A DNA stretch of 61,007 bases from an uncultured Nitrososphaerota archaeon (GCA_964639105.1 CAZXBW010000001.1:1-61007); one strand, 5' to 3'; shown: positions 26,060-34,883, counted from the stretch's first letter. Notes: a model not told the origin generated them from the sequence alone. Made by a program: numbers and translations.

Positions 26060-28966
26060 TCATTCCAAGTAGAAGGACGGCCTCAGAGGTTCAGCTAGCT
26101 TTGCCTTCTTGCCTGGATCGGGAATGTCCGGACCTTCTTCATATACCTCCACCCTCTTGAGTCCAAGTTCATTGGCGAGGAACCAGATGCTGTTTCTGAG
26201 GGTGCTAGATTCGTCAATCCCGCTCAAGCGTGACAGCAAGTCCGCGGCGTTCCCTTCCTTGGTTTTGTCCATCATTTTCGTCAGCATCTTCTGAACGGCG
26301 GGTATCTCCTTACCTTGCCCTTGACCTCGTAGGTCTGTTATTACTGAATTGAGTATCTGCTGTGCTGTCTCACCGCGAACTAAGCGCTCCAAGCAGGATG
26401 TGACCATCTTTCGTTTCCAACTCGAAGCTACATAGATGTAGGCTCGGGTAGGTCGAACGGGGATAACTTTCAGGACGTTCTGTATGTCTTCCATCAAGCC
26501 GAGGATGTATTCTTCTTCAGCCTCGGCCGCCTTGTCCTCTGGAAACTCCCCAGGGGATGGCCAAGGTGAATTGACCACAAATCCCCTCATTTCTAGTGTT
26601 GCCCACATTTCCTCAGCCGCATGTGGAGCGAATGGAGATAGGAGTCTGGCCCAACAGGCCAGAGTCTTAGAAAGAGTGTCCTTGCTGGGAGACGGTTGTC
26701 TTCTCAGATACCACCTGATATCTGATCGCAGCCCGTAGAGGGTCTCAACCGCGGCCTTACGGAGCTGGTGTCCTTCCAAGAAAGTGGTGATGTTCTTCAC
26801 TCTCTTCCCCACGGTCGAGAGTAACCATCTATCTGTGATCGAATTCCCTGATGGACTGGTCCTCAACCTCCCGAAATCATCTTGAATATCTGATATTGAG
26901 TTCAGCAGCTGGATGCAGGCCAATGCATTCTCTTTCTTCCAATCTGGGTCATCAAGGTCGTCGGCAGCGAGAAGCCCTGTTAACCTAGTTGCGTCTGCGC
27001 CATATTCTCCAACTGCCTTCGAGAGGGGGATGAAAATGCCCTTGCTCTTGTGCATGGCCTCCCCTTCGATGCTCATGAATCCATTCACCGTGATAGCCTT
27101 CGGCCAATACTTCTCCGGAAAGATGGCAGTGTGATGGAAAATGAAGAAAGGAAGATGATTCCCGACTAGATCTTTCGCAGACCCTCGGAGATCTACCGGA
27201 TACCAGTATTCGAAGTCCCTCTTGACCTCGCGGAGTGTTTCCACTGGGATCTTAGCTGATGCAGATACCTCAGTTTCTTTGCCCTTTCCTAGCATGACAT
27301 AGTCGAAGAACTCAGGCAAGAGGTTCTCCGCGACAAGCCGTCCAGAATTGACGAACTTCGCCACGATGTAGTAAGCCATGTAGATTGTTGAGTCACTCAG
27401 AGTTTCGACCATGTAGCTCGGATCCCACGGCAATCTTGTTCCTAGTCCCGACGTCCGAACGAACGCCCAGTCATCATACCAATCGATAAACCATTCCAAG
27501 TTCTTTCTGACCTCCTCCGGATGAATTGACATCCGTTCCAACGCACTCTTTGTCTTCTCCTTCCATCGTGGGTCAGAGTATGCTAGGAGGTACTGGTCGG
27601 TCAATACCTTGACATAACATCTGGTTCCACATCTACATATCACTGGAGACGGTAACTCCAGCATTTCGCCACCTCTTCCTATCTCCTTCAGCAACTGCGC
27701 AGCTTGTTCCTTAGCCTGCCTGACGGGCAATCCAGACAGCGGGCCGGTGTTCTGCAGAGTGATGCCATGCAGGAATTCTTCGCGGTATACACCGGCTGTG
27801 GCCTGTTCGAGTTTCTTATCTCGTTGATCTGTTATTCCCATCTGCTTCACGACAACCTCAGACGGATTCGTACCGTATCGTTCGGTCGTAATGATTGAGA
27901 TTGACTGGATCTTGGTGATATCATCGACATTCATACCGTAGTGCTTCGCTGTTTGAGATGCGACCTTTTTCAGGTCCTCAAGCGCTACATAATCGTAGGG
28001 AGCATGCGCAGGGACGCTGTACACGACTCCGGTTCCAAGTTTAGGGTCGACGAACCCAGCAGGGAGTATGGGGACCTCCTTGTCTGAGAGCGGAGCGCCT
28101 GCAATCCTCCCGATCAGGGCTTCTCCCTTGAATGAACTCAATATCGCGACCTTTCTCCCCAGCTCGGAGAGTTTTCTCGCCGCGTCCTCGCTCACCACCC
28201 ATTTCTCCCCGTCCACCTCGGCAGACACATACGTGGCATCGGGATTCAGCCACACGTTCGTAACGCCGAAGATAGTCTCGGGTCTGAACGTCGCTGCCAC
28301 CAGATAACCATAATCTTTGACCTTGAATTTGACCAAACTGAACACAGTCGGGAAAACTCCTTCGCCCTCTAGCCTGTCGTGATCTCCGGTTGCGCTCTTG
28401 TCCTTTGGACACCAGACAACAGGGTGCTTTCCACGTTTTATGTAACCGTTATCTCTGAGCCTGAGATACTGCCACTCTACATACTTACTGAAACACTTAT
28501 CATAACTCGAGGTATGAAACTCTCGCCGCCAATCTATTCCAACACCCAGCTGTTTGACTGCTTCCTTGTTATGCTGCGTGTAGTAGTGGGCCATGTTCAG
28601 AGGATCCTTGAAGGTCTTCACCACCTCTTCTGGTACTCCGTCCATGTCCTTCAGTATGTGAATCGTCATCTCATCACCCTCGCTTATCCTCTCGGATATG
28701 CCTGCTATGGTAACACCAGTCCAGTGCCAAGCGAATGGAAATAACACGTTGTATCCCTTCGCTCTGAAATATCGGGCTAGGACATCCAGCCTAGTAAGTG
28801 TGTAGGCTGTCCCGACGTGGACGGGACCACTCATGTAGGGGAAGGGAAACGTCACTAAGTACTTCATCCTAGAGGGATCTGTGTCGGCTTCGTACACCTT
28901 GGCCTTCTCCCACTGATCCTGCCATTTCTGATCATTCATTCCTGGCGCTCTGGAACTCATGCTCAC
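26060..28966 (-). CDS. leuS: Leucyl-tRNA synthetase (archaeal type)
   Basis: FPFPYMSGPVHVGT (HIGH region), GEAMHKSKG (KMSKS region), and an editing domain between them. About 960 aa. Start codon uncertain within the first 10 codons. Confidence 0.9.
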   Translation of the reverse strand: MSMSSRAPGMNDQKWQDQWEKAKVYEADTDPSRMKYLVTFPFPYMSGPVHVGTAYTLTRLDVLARYFRAKGYNVLFPFAWHWTGVTIAGISERISEGDEMTIHILKDMDGVPEEVVKTFKDPLNMAHYYTQHNKEAVKQLGVGIDWRREFHTSSYDKCFSKYVEWQYLRLRDNGYIKRGKHPVVWCPKDKSATGDHDRLEGEGVFPTVFSLVKFKVKDYGYLVAATFRPETIFGVTNVWLNPDATYVSAEVDGEKWVVSEDAARKLSELGRKVAILSSFKGEALIGRIAGAPLSDKEVPILPAGFVDPKLGTGVVYSVPAHAPYDYVALEDLKKVASQTAKHYGMNVDDITKIQSISIITTERYGTNPSEVVVKQMGITDQRDKKLEQATAGVYREEFLHGITLQNTGPLSGLPVRQAKEQAAQLLKEIGRGGEMLELPSPVICRCGTRCYVKVLTDQYLLAYSDPRWKEKTKSALERMSIHPEEVRKNLEWFIDWYDDWAFVRTSGLGTRLPWDPSYMVETLSDSTIYMAYYIVAKFVNSGRLVAENLLPEFFDYVMLGKGKETEVSASAKIPVETLREVKRDFEYWYPVDLRGSAKDLVGNHLPFFIFHHTAIFPEKYWPKAITVNGFMSIEGEAMHKSKGIFIPLSKAVGEYGADATRLTGLLAADDLDDPDWKKENALACIQLLNSISDIQDDFGRLRTSPSGNSITDRWLLSTVGKRVKNITTFLEGHQLRKAAVETLYGLRSDIRWYLRRQPSPSKDTLSKTLACWARLLSPFAPHAAEEMWATLEMRGFVVNSPWPSPGEFPEDKAAEAEEEYILGLMEDIQNVLKVIPVRPTRAYIYVASSWKRKMVTSCLERLVRGETAQQILNSVITDLRGQGQGKEIPAVQKMLTKMMDKTKEGNAADLLSRLSGIDESSTLRNSIWFLANELGLKRVEVYEEGPDIPDPGKKAKLAEPLRPSFYLE

Positions 28967-31716
28967 TTAGGTCGGCTCTGTGGTGCGAGTAATAAGCGTA
29001 AGATTTCCTCCTTCAATTTGCTCACCTCAGTACCGCTGGACACACCGCCCTTTCCGAACCTATCACGTCCCCCGCCTCCCCCTTTGAAGGTGACACCTAC
29101 AACCTTCGCCACCTCTGCCGCGGTCAGTCCAGAGTTTGGTTTTGCCTTCTCGCCATAGATCAAGGCGAACTCCGGAAACTGCCCAGCCGAGGATACAACA
29201 ATCGAAATCACGTCTGGTCTAGAAGAGGCCAACTCCCTCGAGATGGCAATGAGATCGTTTACAGGACGGTACTTATCCTCATAGAAACTCACCTTCATTC
29301 CTGCGACGGTTTCTGCTGACCCTCTAAGCCTCTCCGCCAACTGTTTTGCCTCCGACTGCTTTACGAGTTCTAGCTCCTTCCTTGCGGTCTGCAGATCATC
29401 CAGCATCCGCCTTGTGGTCTTCACGACTTGCGCCCTATCAGTTCTCATGATTTCAGCGATTTGTTTCGTCGAACTTTCCTCCTCTTGGAATCTGCTGAGC
29501 GATGATAGACCCGTTGTGAACGAGATCCTCACTACTCCGTCCTGGATCTTGTCGACATTCACTATCTTGATCATGCCAATCTGGCCGGTATTGCTCACGT
29601 GAAGACCACCGCAGGCCTCGACCTCATATTCCCCGACCGACACAACGCGAATTATCTTTGAGGGAACGACACCTCCTTGGTAGATTCTGAAACCATACTT
29701 GCTTTCTGCCTCTGTCCTGCCGAGTAATTCAATCCTGACTGGAACGACCTTCATCACTAATCTGTTCGCAAGATCCTCTATCTTTCTAATCTCCTCGTCT
29801 GTCAGAGCGTCGTAGTGGGTCACATCCAGTCGCGACTCTTGAACTCCTTTCTGGGCACCGTGTTGCCACAGATGGCTACCGAGCGTCATCCTAGCGGCCC
29901 AGTTCACGATGTGAGTACCAGTGTGTGCTCTCCTCAAGGCCATTCTTCTGTCCTCGTCAACCTCAAGGGCCGCCTTTGTCCCTGTTCTTGGCAAGGGACC
30001 CGCGACCCTGTGAATGATTACCCCGTTCTGGTTCTCCAAGGCCGTCACCTTGATCTCTGTCGTATCGTATCTGATCTTGCCGGTATCAGAGGGCTGGCCA
30101 CCACCCTCTGGGTAGAATATCGTCCTGTCAAACACGACTCCGTCCGGCTTGACAGTTGCCAGCACAACACCTTCAGATTTCAGCAGCTCAGGATCCTCAT
30201 AGTATACCTTCTGGGTCTGAGGCAGCTTTTCTAACCCCGGTACCTTGTCCTCAGTGTGAGTGGGAGTTTGCAGTTGTTTCGTATGCTTAGCAGCTACCAG
30301 ACTGTAGAAGTCCGGCGGGACGACCACCTTCGCCCCAGTGGTTTCCAGAATGTCTGACACTTCCTCCGGGGTAATGCCCTGTGAGTCGTACAGCTGGATC
30401 AGCCGGTCACGTTGGAATGCTGCTGGGCCTTCTTCGCGTTGTATCTTCTCAACCAGCTCTACTGAACGCTCGTAATTTTTCTTATACTTCTCCATTTCAA
30501 CAGATGCCACTTTCAGAATCTCTGATCTTTGTTGGCCTAGGTGTGGAAATTGGGAGGACCAATGGTCAATCTGCATGGTGACAACCTCGGAGAGCAAGTC
30601 GAGCAGGCCTAGTGATCTCATCATCCTCGCCGATCGTCTGAAGAGGAGGCGCGCCAGATACCCCACTCCGACATTCGATGGAACAACACCCTCGGAGAGG
30701 ATGAAGACGAGGCTCTTGGTGTGATCTGCCACCCTGAAGATCCGTTCAAGCGGATCAATTCTTTCCTCTAGCGCTTTAGGCGTGAGTCCCAGTTTCGATG
30801 CGACAGCTGACCTGATAGAAGGAAGATCACCTCGGTTGTTGCCTATTCCTGACAGTGTTTCGATGTATTTGCGGGTGAATGCTTCGTCTATGTCAACGTG
30901 TGCCTCTTTCGAAAGGAAGTGCACGACCTTAGGGTGTACTACGAACATCGGGCTTGGAACCCCCGAGGTCACCCAAAGCATGCGTTCGATCCCATACCCA
31001 GTGTCCACGGTTCGTATCGGGGACTCAGAGAGCTTTCCCTCTTCGGATGTCTTGAACCGCATGAACACTAGGGTGGCTACTTCCAGCCCACCGGTGATTA
31101 CCTCGAAGCAAGGGCCTGCGTTTCCTCCCCCGAACCACGCTGACTCCTTGTAGATCACATCCTCGCCCGGTATCCCCATTGCCTTGCCGAAGAACTCGTG
31201 GCACAAACTGACGGTCTCTTCCTTCCAGTAGACCTCCTTCTCCCGAGAATTGAACGCGTGATGGCCTCCCATCTCGAATATGCTCATGTGTCTTCCGAAG
31301 GTGAGTCCGACGTTGTCAAGATCGACGAGACGGATGCACGGCTGAGATACCACCAGGGGATTCGCAGGCGGCGGTATCATCCCGTCCGTCACATAAGGCT
31401 GGAAGTCAACTATGCTCGCGTCGGTTAGGTAAAGATCATTCCTCCACCTAGATACCACGGGGTACGGAGAAACAACGGTATGGCCCTTGTTCTTGAAGAA
31501 CGAGAGAAACCTGTCGCGAGATTCGTTCAGATCGCTCGTCTTCTTCCCCATGGGCTTGCCGATGAAGGAGTAAGGGACCAGCGGACTTTCGCCACATTGT
31601 CCATTGAAATCTTGGTGAACCCAGTAGAAATCACCGTCGATCTCACTCTTCCTTCTCACATACCCTAGCGATTTGAAGATCTTGAGCGAGTATTCCTCTG
31701 GAGGGAAGGATTGCAT
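28963..31716 (-). CDS. alaS: Alanyl-tRNA synthetase
   Basis: Class II core, editing domain HTGTHIVNWA...GGLHV, and C-terminal DHHA1-like FKGGGGGRDRFGKGG. Confidence 0.9.
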   Translation of the reverse strand: MQSFPPEEYSLKIFKSLGYVRRKSEIDGDFYWVHQDFNGQCGESPLVPYSFIGKPMGKKTSDLNESRDRFLSFFKNKGHTVVSPYPVVSRWRNDLYLTDASIVDFQPYVTDGMIPPPANPLVVSQPCIRLVDLDNVGLTFGRHMSIFEMGGHHAFNSREKEVYWKEETVSLCHEFFGKAMGIPGEDVIYKESAWFGGGNAGPCFEVITGGLEVATLVFMRFKTSEEGKLSESPIRTVDTGYGIERMLWVTSGVPSPMFVVHPKVVHFLSKEAHVDIDEAFTRKYIETLSGIGNNRGDLPSIRSAVASKLGLTPKALEERIDPLERIFRVADHTKSLVFILSEGVVPSNVGVGYLARLLFRRSARMMRSLGLLDLLSEVVTMQIDHWSSQFPHLGQQRSEILKVASVEMEKYKKNYERSVELVEKIQREEGPAAFQRDRLIQLYDSQGITPEEVSDILETTGAKVVVPPDFYSLVAAKHTKQLQTPTHTEDKVPGLEKLPQTQKVYYEDPELLKSEGVVLATVKPDGVVFDRTIFYPEGGGQPSDTGKIRYDTTEIKVTALENQNGVIIHRVAGPLPRTGTKAALEVDEDRRMALRRAHTGTHIVNWAARMTLGSHLWQHGAQKGVQESRLDVTHYDALTDEEIRKIEDLANRLVMKVVPVRIELLGRTEAESKYGFRIYQGGVVPSKIIRVVSVGEYEVEACGGLHVSNTGQIGMIKIVNVDKIQDGVVRISFTTGLSSLSRFQEEESSTKQIAEIMRTDRAQVVKTTRRMLDDLQTARKELELVKQSEAKQLAERLRGSAETVAGMKVSFYEDKYRPVNDLIAISRELASSRPDVISIVVSSAGQFPEFALIYGEKAKPNSGLTAAEVAKVVGVTFKGGGGGRDRFGKGGVSSGTEVSKLKEEILRLLLAPQSRPK

Positions 31717-31783
31717 TCGAGAAGGAACGGATACCTGTCCTTAAAACGATTATGTCGCCAACATATACCATCGCCTAGAAAAA

Positions 31784-31794
31784 GCAAATAAAGG
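31784..31794 (+). promoter_or_regulatory. TATA-like box upstream of tRNA-Phe
   Basis: GCAAATAAAGG centred about 28 nt upstream of the tRNA 5' end. Confidence 0.4.
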
Positions 31795-31816
31795 ACGGGA
31801 GGCACCGCAAGAAGTA

Positions 31817-31917
31817 GGCCTGGTAGCTCAGCCTGTCGGGTGGGCCAAGGAGAGCGTTCGACAAACAGGACGAAGCTGAAGACCGAATTGTCGCAGGTCC
31901 AAATCCTGCCCAGGCCA
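31817..31917 (+). tRNA. tRNA-Phe (anticodon GAA) with two 14-nt insertions (D-loop and anticodon stem); CCA follows in the genome
   Basis: Acceptor GGCCTGG/CCAGGCC. D-stem GCTC/GAGC encloses 22 nt instead of 8. Removing 31861-31874 gives stem TTCGG/CCGAA and loop CTGAAGA. T-arm GCAGG-TCCAAAT-CCTGC. Confidence 0.75.
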
Positions 31918-31989
31918 CCACACTCATTCGATGTCAATCGCTATGCATGACCGAGCGGTGTGGGCATCTACAATCCAAGAAAGAGTGAA

Positions 31990-32001
31990 GGTTAAATAAA
32001 A
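31990..32001 (+). promoter_or_regulatory. BRE/TATA-like box upstream of tRNA-Gly
   Basis: GGTTAAATAAAA centred about 29 nt upstream of the tRNA 5' end. Confidence 0.45.
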
Positions 32002-32024
32002 TGCCAGCGCAACACAACGGCCGT

Positions 32025-32134
32025 GCGGCAGTAATCTAGCCTGGTCTAGGATCCGACCCTGCCAAACTTGAGGGTGCGGTGCGGTCGTCACGCGGGTTCA
32101 AACCCGTTTCGCGGTGAAAATCCCGCCTGCCGCA
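32025..32134 (+). tRNA. tRNA-Gly (anticodon GCC) with a 17-nt insertion in or next to the anticodon loop and an 18-nt insertion in the T-loop
   Basis: Acceptor GCGGCAG/CTGCCGC. D-arm ATCT-AGCCTGGTCTA-GGAT. Anticodon stem CGACC/GGTCG encloses 24 nt beginning CTGCCA(A). T-stem GCGGG/CCCGC encloses 25 nt (TTCAAA...AAAT). Confidence 0.7.
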
Positions 32135-32143
32135 CTCCCAACC

Positions 32144-32800
32144 CTATTCCTTGTGAGACGGATTGATTATGACAAACGCGAAGATTGATTCCGGTCCCTC
32201 TTCCACGTTGACGACCTTTACTTCTCTGACTTGAGACATTGTATATCCCCTCACTTCGCCCAGCTCCTTCGCGAAGGCGAGTCCGCGTACTCCCTCTTCC
32301 GGAGCGAGCGGGCCAAAAGTATCCAGCAGCGTTTTTGATCCCTGACTGAGAATGAGAAAAGCCACCCTGATATCGTATTCTACGACTAACTCTTTCCCAG
32401 CGGAGATTTTGCTCTTGAATGAGGTTGAGAGTTGTTCGAGAACCATTCTCTTCACGGTCTCATCCGCCGCAGCCGCCTCAGCTCTGAACCCCGAAAGGGG
32501 ACCATATGATTCCAAGGGTCCAATGAGATCCTTATCCTGAGCGGTAAGCAATTGAACTGTGATCTCCTTTATTGACCCTCGTGCCCTTGTCATTAGACTC
32601 CTGACTAGCCCCGGAATCCCTTTGGGGCCTTCCAACAACTTGTAGACGGTGTAGGCGTATACCTCGTCATTGTTGTGGCCGTACAGTGAGAGATACCCCT
32701 TGGCTATTCCCTGACTCCAGAGATCCTTTACGACCCGACCGGCTATGTTCGGTGCCTCTTCGATGTCTCCATCTTCTTGCCATATGTCTCGTGTTATCAT
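32144..32800 (-). CDS. Hypothetical protein, third gene of the TGT-like operon
   Basis: 218-aa ORF whose ATG overlaps the stop of the upstream LAGLIDADG gene (ATGA). No motif recognised. Confidence 0.5.
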   Translation of the reverse strand: MITRDIWQEDGDIEEAPNIAGRVVKDLWSQGIAKGYLSLYGHNNDEVYAYTVYKLLEGPKGIPGLVRSLMTRARGSIKEITVQLLTAQDKDLIGPLESYGPLSGFRAEAAAADETVKRMVLEQLSTSFKSKISAGKELVVEYDIRVAFLILSQGSKTLLDTFGPLAPEEGVRGLAFAKELGEVRGYTMSQVREVKVVNVEEGPESIFAFVIINPSHKE

Positions 32801-33714
32801 CTTCCTGTTTTCCTCCCCCCCATCTTGTGTTTCCAGAATTCCTCAATGGCTTCCTGATGCGACTCCTTAAAACTCCCTATCTCCTCGATGAATTTTATCA
32901 TGTCTTCATTCCTGTTTAGGGCCAATGTATATTCCGCCTTGTCTGGAAGCGGCTCTCCTTCAAGAGGGTATATCTCGCTGGTAATATCGAAATGATCTTT
33001 CACCAGATCCGCGAGGCCTTGTAGACCCTCCCGATTGCTTGAGAAGAACCTTACGCTCAGTCGCTTGGTCTTGGGGTAGTAACCTATTGACCCGTCTCCG
33101 CTCATGAACCCCTTCAAGTAAGCTCGGGCCGCCTCTTTGTCCATGTATTGCGCGGGCACTTCCCAGTACTTGCTTCCGTGCTTGTTGATGTATTTCATGA
33201 TATCAGCGGCCGCTTCTTTGCTTACCTTACCCATCTCGAAGAAGTGTTTCTTGTCCTTATGTCGATATCTACTAGGGCTCATACCGTACACAACAGACAG
33301 ACAATCGCTAAAAAGGTCCAACAGTTCATCTGATTTGCTGCCGAACCTCAGTACATATGGTTCTCCTTCGGGATTGCGTTGGATATTCCCGTCACTCTCT
33401 ATGAGTGACATCAAGATGGCTTTCTCTCGACAAAGCAATCTCCTAGTGTCATTTTCTGTCACTTCTAGCAACATCCCATTTTCCGATTTCAGCAAGACTC
33501 GATTATCTTCGATTGAGGCAACACCGGGATACGTTCCTAGACCCTCGCCCTCCTTTCTGAGTTCGACTCCTTCCTCTTTTTGCCAGAGTTCGTAGGAGCC
33601 GTATATCATGAAGGGCTCCTGTCCGTATCCGCATACATCCTTTTCTTGGGTCCACTCAGGTGTCCCTTGGTCGAAGCGTTGAGCGACTTGGTCCTCGTGC
33701 TTTCCTCCTCCCAT
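32797..33714 (-). CDS. Free-standing double-motif LAGLIDADG endonuclease-like protein
   Basis: Two LAGLIDADG motifs, LMSLIESDG (residues 101-109) and LKGFMSGDG (200-208), about 99 aa apart. Both keep the Asp before the final Gly. ATGA overlaps at both gene ends. Confidence 0.7.
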   Translation of the reverse strand: MGGGKHEDQVAQRFDQGTPEWTQEKDVCGYGQEPFMIYGSYELWQKEEGVELRKEGEGLGTYPGVASIEDNRVLLKSENGMLLEVTENDTRRLLCREKAILMSLIESDGNIQRNPEGEPYVLRFGSKSDELLDLFSDCLSVVYGMSPSRYRHKDKKHFFEMGKVSKEAAADIMKYINKHGSKYWEVPAQYMDKEAARAYLKGFMSGDGSIGYYPKTKRLSVRFFSSNREGLQGLADLVKDHFDITSEIYPLEGEPLPDKAEYTLALNRNEDMIKFIEEIGSFKESHQEAIEEFWKHKMGGRKTGR

Positions 33715-34841
33715 CAGATGGTCTTCTCCTCGAACCGGGCCTTTTGCTGCAACAAGTTGTGAAGCGACAACCTACGAACGTCATGCAAGAGGTCATACGG
33801 TCTAGCTCCGTTGCAGGCAGGGCAGTTGCAGGGAACATACTCTGTGTCCGGGTAAAGGACGGATCTCGTCTTCTCGCCGAAGAAGATGAATCTCCGCTTC
33901 GCGTGGATGTACCATGACAGAGTTGCATACTTCGCTCTCTTCAGCCGTCTGATCCGGTGCGAGAGACCGTAGACCAGCAACTCCGGATCTGCTCCTGCCT
34001 TCCTGAGGGCGTACGTGACGGTCGTAATGTATCCGTCCAACAGGTCGAGCTTGGCGAGTTCCCTGACAGGGAGGGCGAACGAATCATACCCGAGTTGGAG
34101 CTGCCTCTCGATGCACCACTGGGTCTGTTTGGAAATCGCGCCCTTGACGACACCTAAGACAGGAATCCCAAGATCACGGAACTCGGCCGCATACCTCACA
34201 AGTCGGAGGGTCTGCGACCAAGACAGGTAGAGAGGGTCATCGACATATGTGTGATTGTCCGAGACCATGACAACATCCGGCCTGAGGTCACTCACTAGTT
34301 TGACATAGTCTGCAGGCTTGAGCTTGTCGACGATCTCGTCGGGCATTATGGTCGAGAGCGCGATCTTTCCATCGTATCCGAGGTAGTCGTGCAGGCCGAC
34401 CCTAGAGATTTGGTCCAAGAGCCCTTTGGCCGTGAGGATCTCTCCCAGCCTGACGAATATCGCCGGGAAGGAGAAGGAATCCCAGAACCAAGATCTGCGG
34501 TCGGTGACGCTGATAATTGGGGTGAACCTCGGGAGGTCCGCCTTCTTGACCTGTCGTGCGTTGACTTCGGGAACCTGCTCCCGCATGGGCCTCTGCTTAC
34601 CTCCGATCGGGCAGTAGTCCCTAAGCCTGCAGAACTCGTTTGGATAGGTGATCCCGCTAATGGACGTGCCTCGTATGCAGCGGTCAATCAGGCAAATCCT
34701 CGTGATGCAGCCAGGGCACAGAACCCGGTAGTATGGGCAAGCTTGACAGCTCACACCACACTTGCCCTTCCTCTCCGATTCCAACGAAGATAACGTTGCT
34801 CTTGAGATAAAAAGGGCACACTTCTCCGGCTGTTCACACAC
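33714..34841 (-). CDS. TGT/DpdA-superfamily (transglycosylase-like) protein with N-terminal Cys-rich module
   Basis: LPRFTPIISV, VMVSDNHTY, LGYDSFA and the C-terminal Zn motif CNCPACNG...LSLHNLL resemble tRNA-guanine transglycosylases. There are 11 Cys in the first 77 residues, including CGVSCQAC. GTG start. Confidence 0.55.
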   Translation of the reverse strand: MCEQPEKCALFISRATLSSLESERKGKCGVSCQACPYYRVLCPGCITRICLIDRCIRGTSISGITYPNEFCRLRDYCPIGGKQRPMREQVPEVNARQVKKADLPRFTPIISVTDRRSWFWDSFSFPAIFVRLGEILTAKGLLDQISRVGLHDYLGYDGKIALSTIMPDEIVDKLKPADYVKLVSDLRPDVVMVSDNHTYVDDPLYLSWSQTLRLVRYAAEFRDLGIPVLGVVKGAISKQTQWCIERQLQLGYDSFALPVRELAKLDLLDGYITTVTYALRKAGADPELLVYGLSHRIRRLKRAKYATLSWYIHAKRRFIFFGEKTRSVLYPDTEYVPCNCPACNGARPYDLLHDVRRLSLHNLLQQKARFEEKTI

Positions 34842-34883
34842 CCCGAAAGAGTTATTGATACAGTATGTAGTAAATTATGAGAG

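Noticed and set aside
25704-26063. 119-aa minus-strand ORF
   Set aside because: It covers the tRNA-Arg(TCT) gene and the hisS 3' end, and contains the tRNA-derived VGSNPSGPA peptide. The same reasoning rejects ORFs 31665-31937 (-), 40587-40949 (-) and the first 21 codons of ORF 55644-56303 (-), all of which overlie tRNA genes.
32797-33714. LAGLIDADG ORF as the endonuclease domain of an intein splitting a host gene
   Set aside because: There is no Cys/Ser at a plausible N-junction and no C-terminal His-Asn or block F/G. The ORF has its own ATG and stop. The upstream TGT-like protein already ends with a complete Zn motif. EVTENDTRRLL resembles intein block B only weakly.
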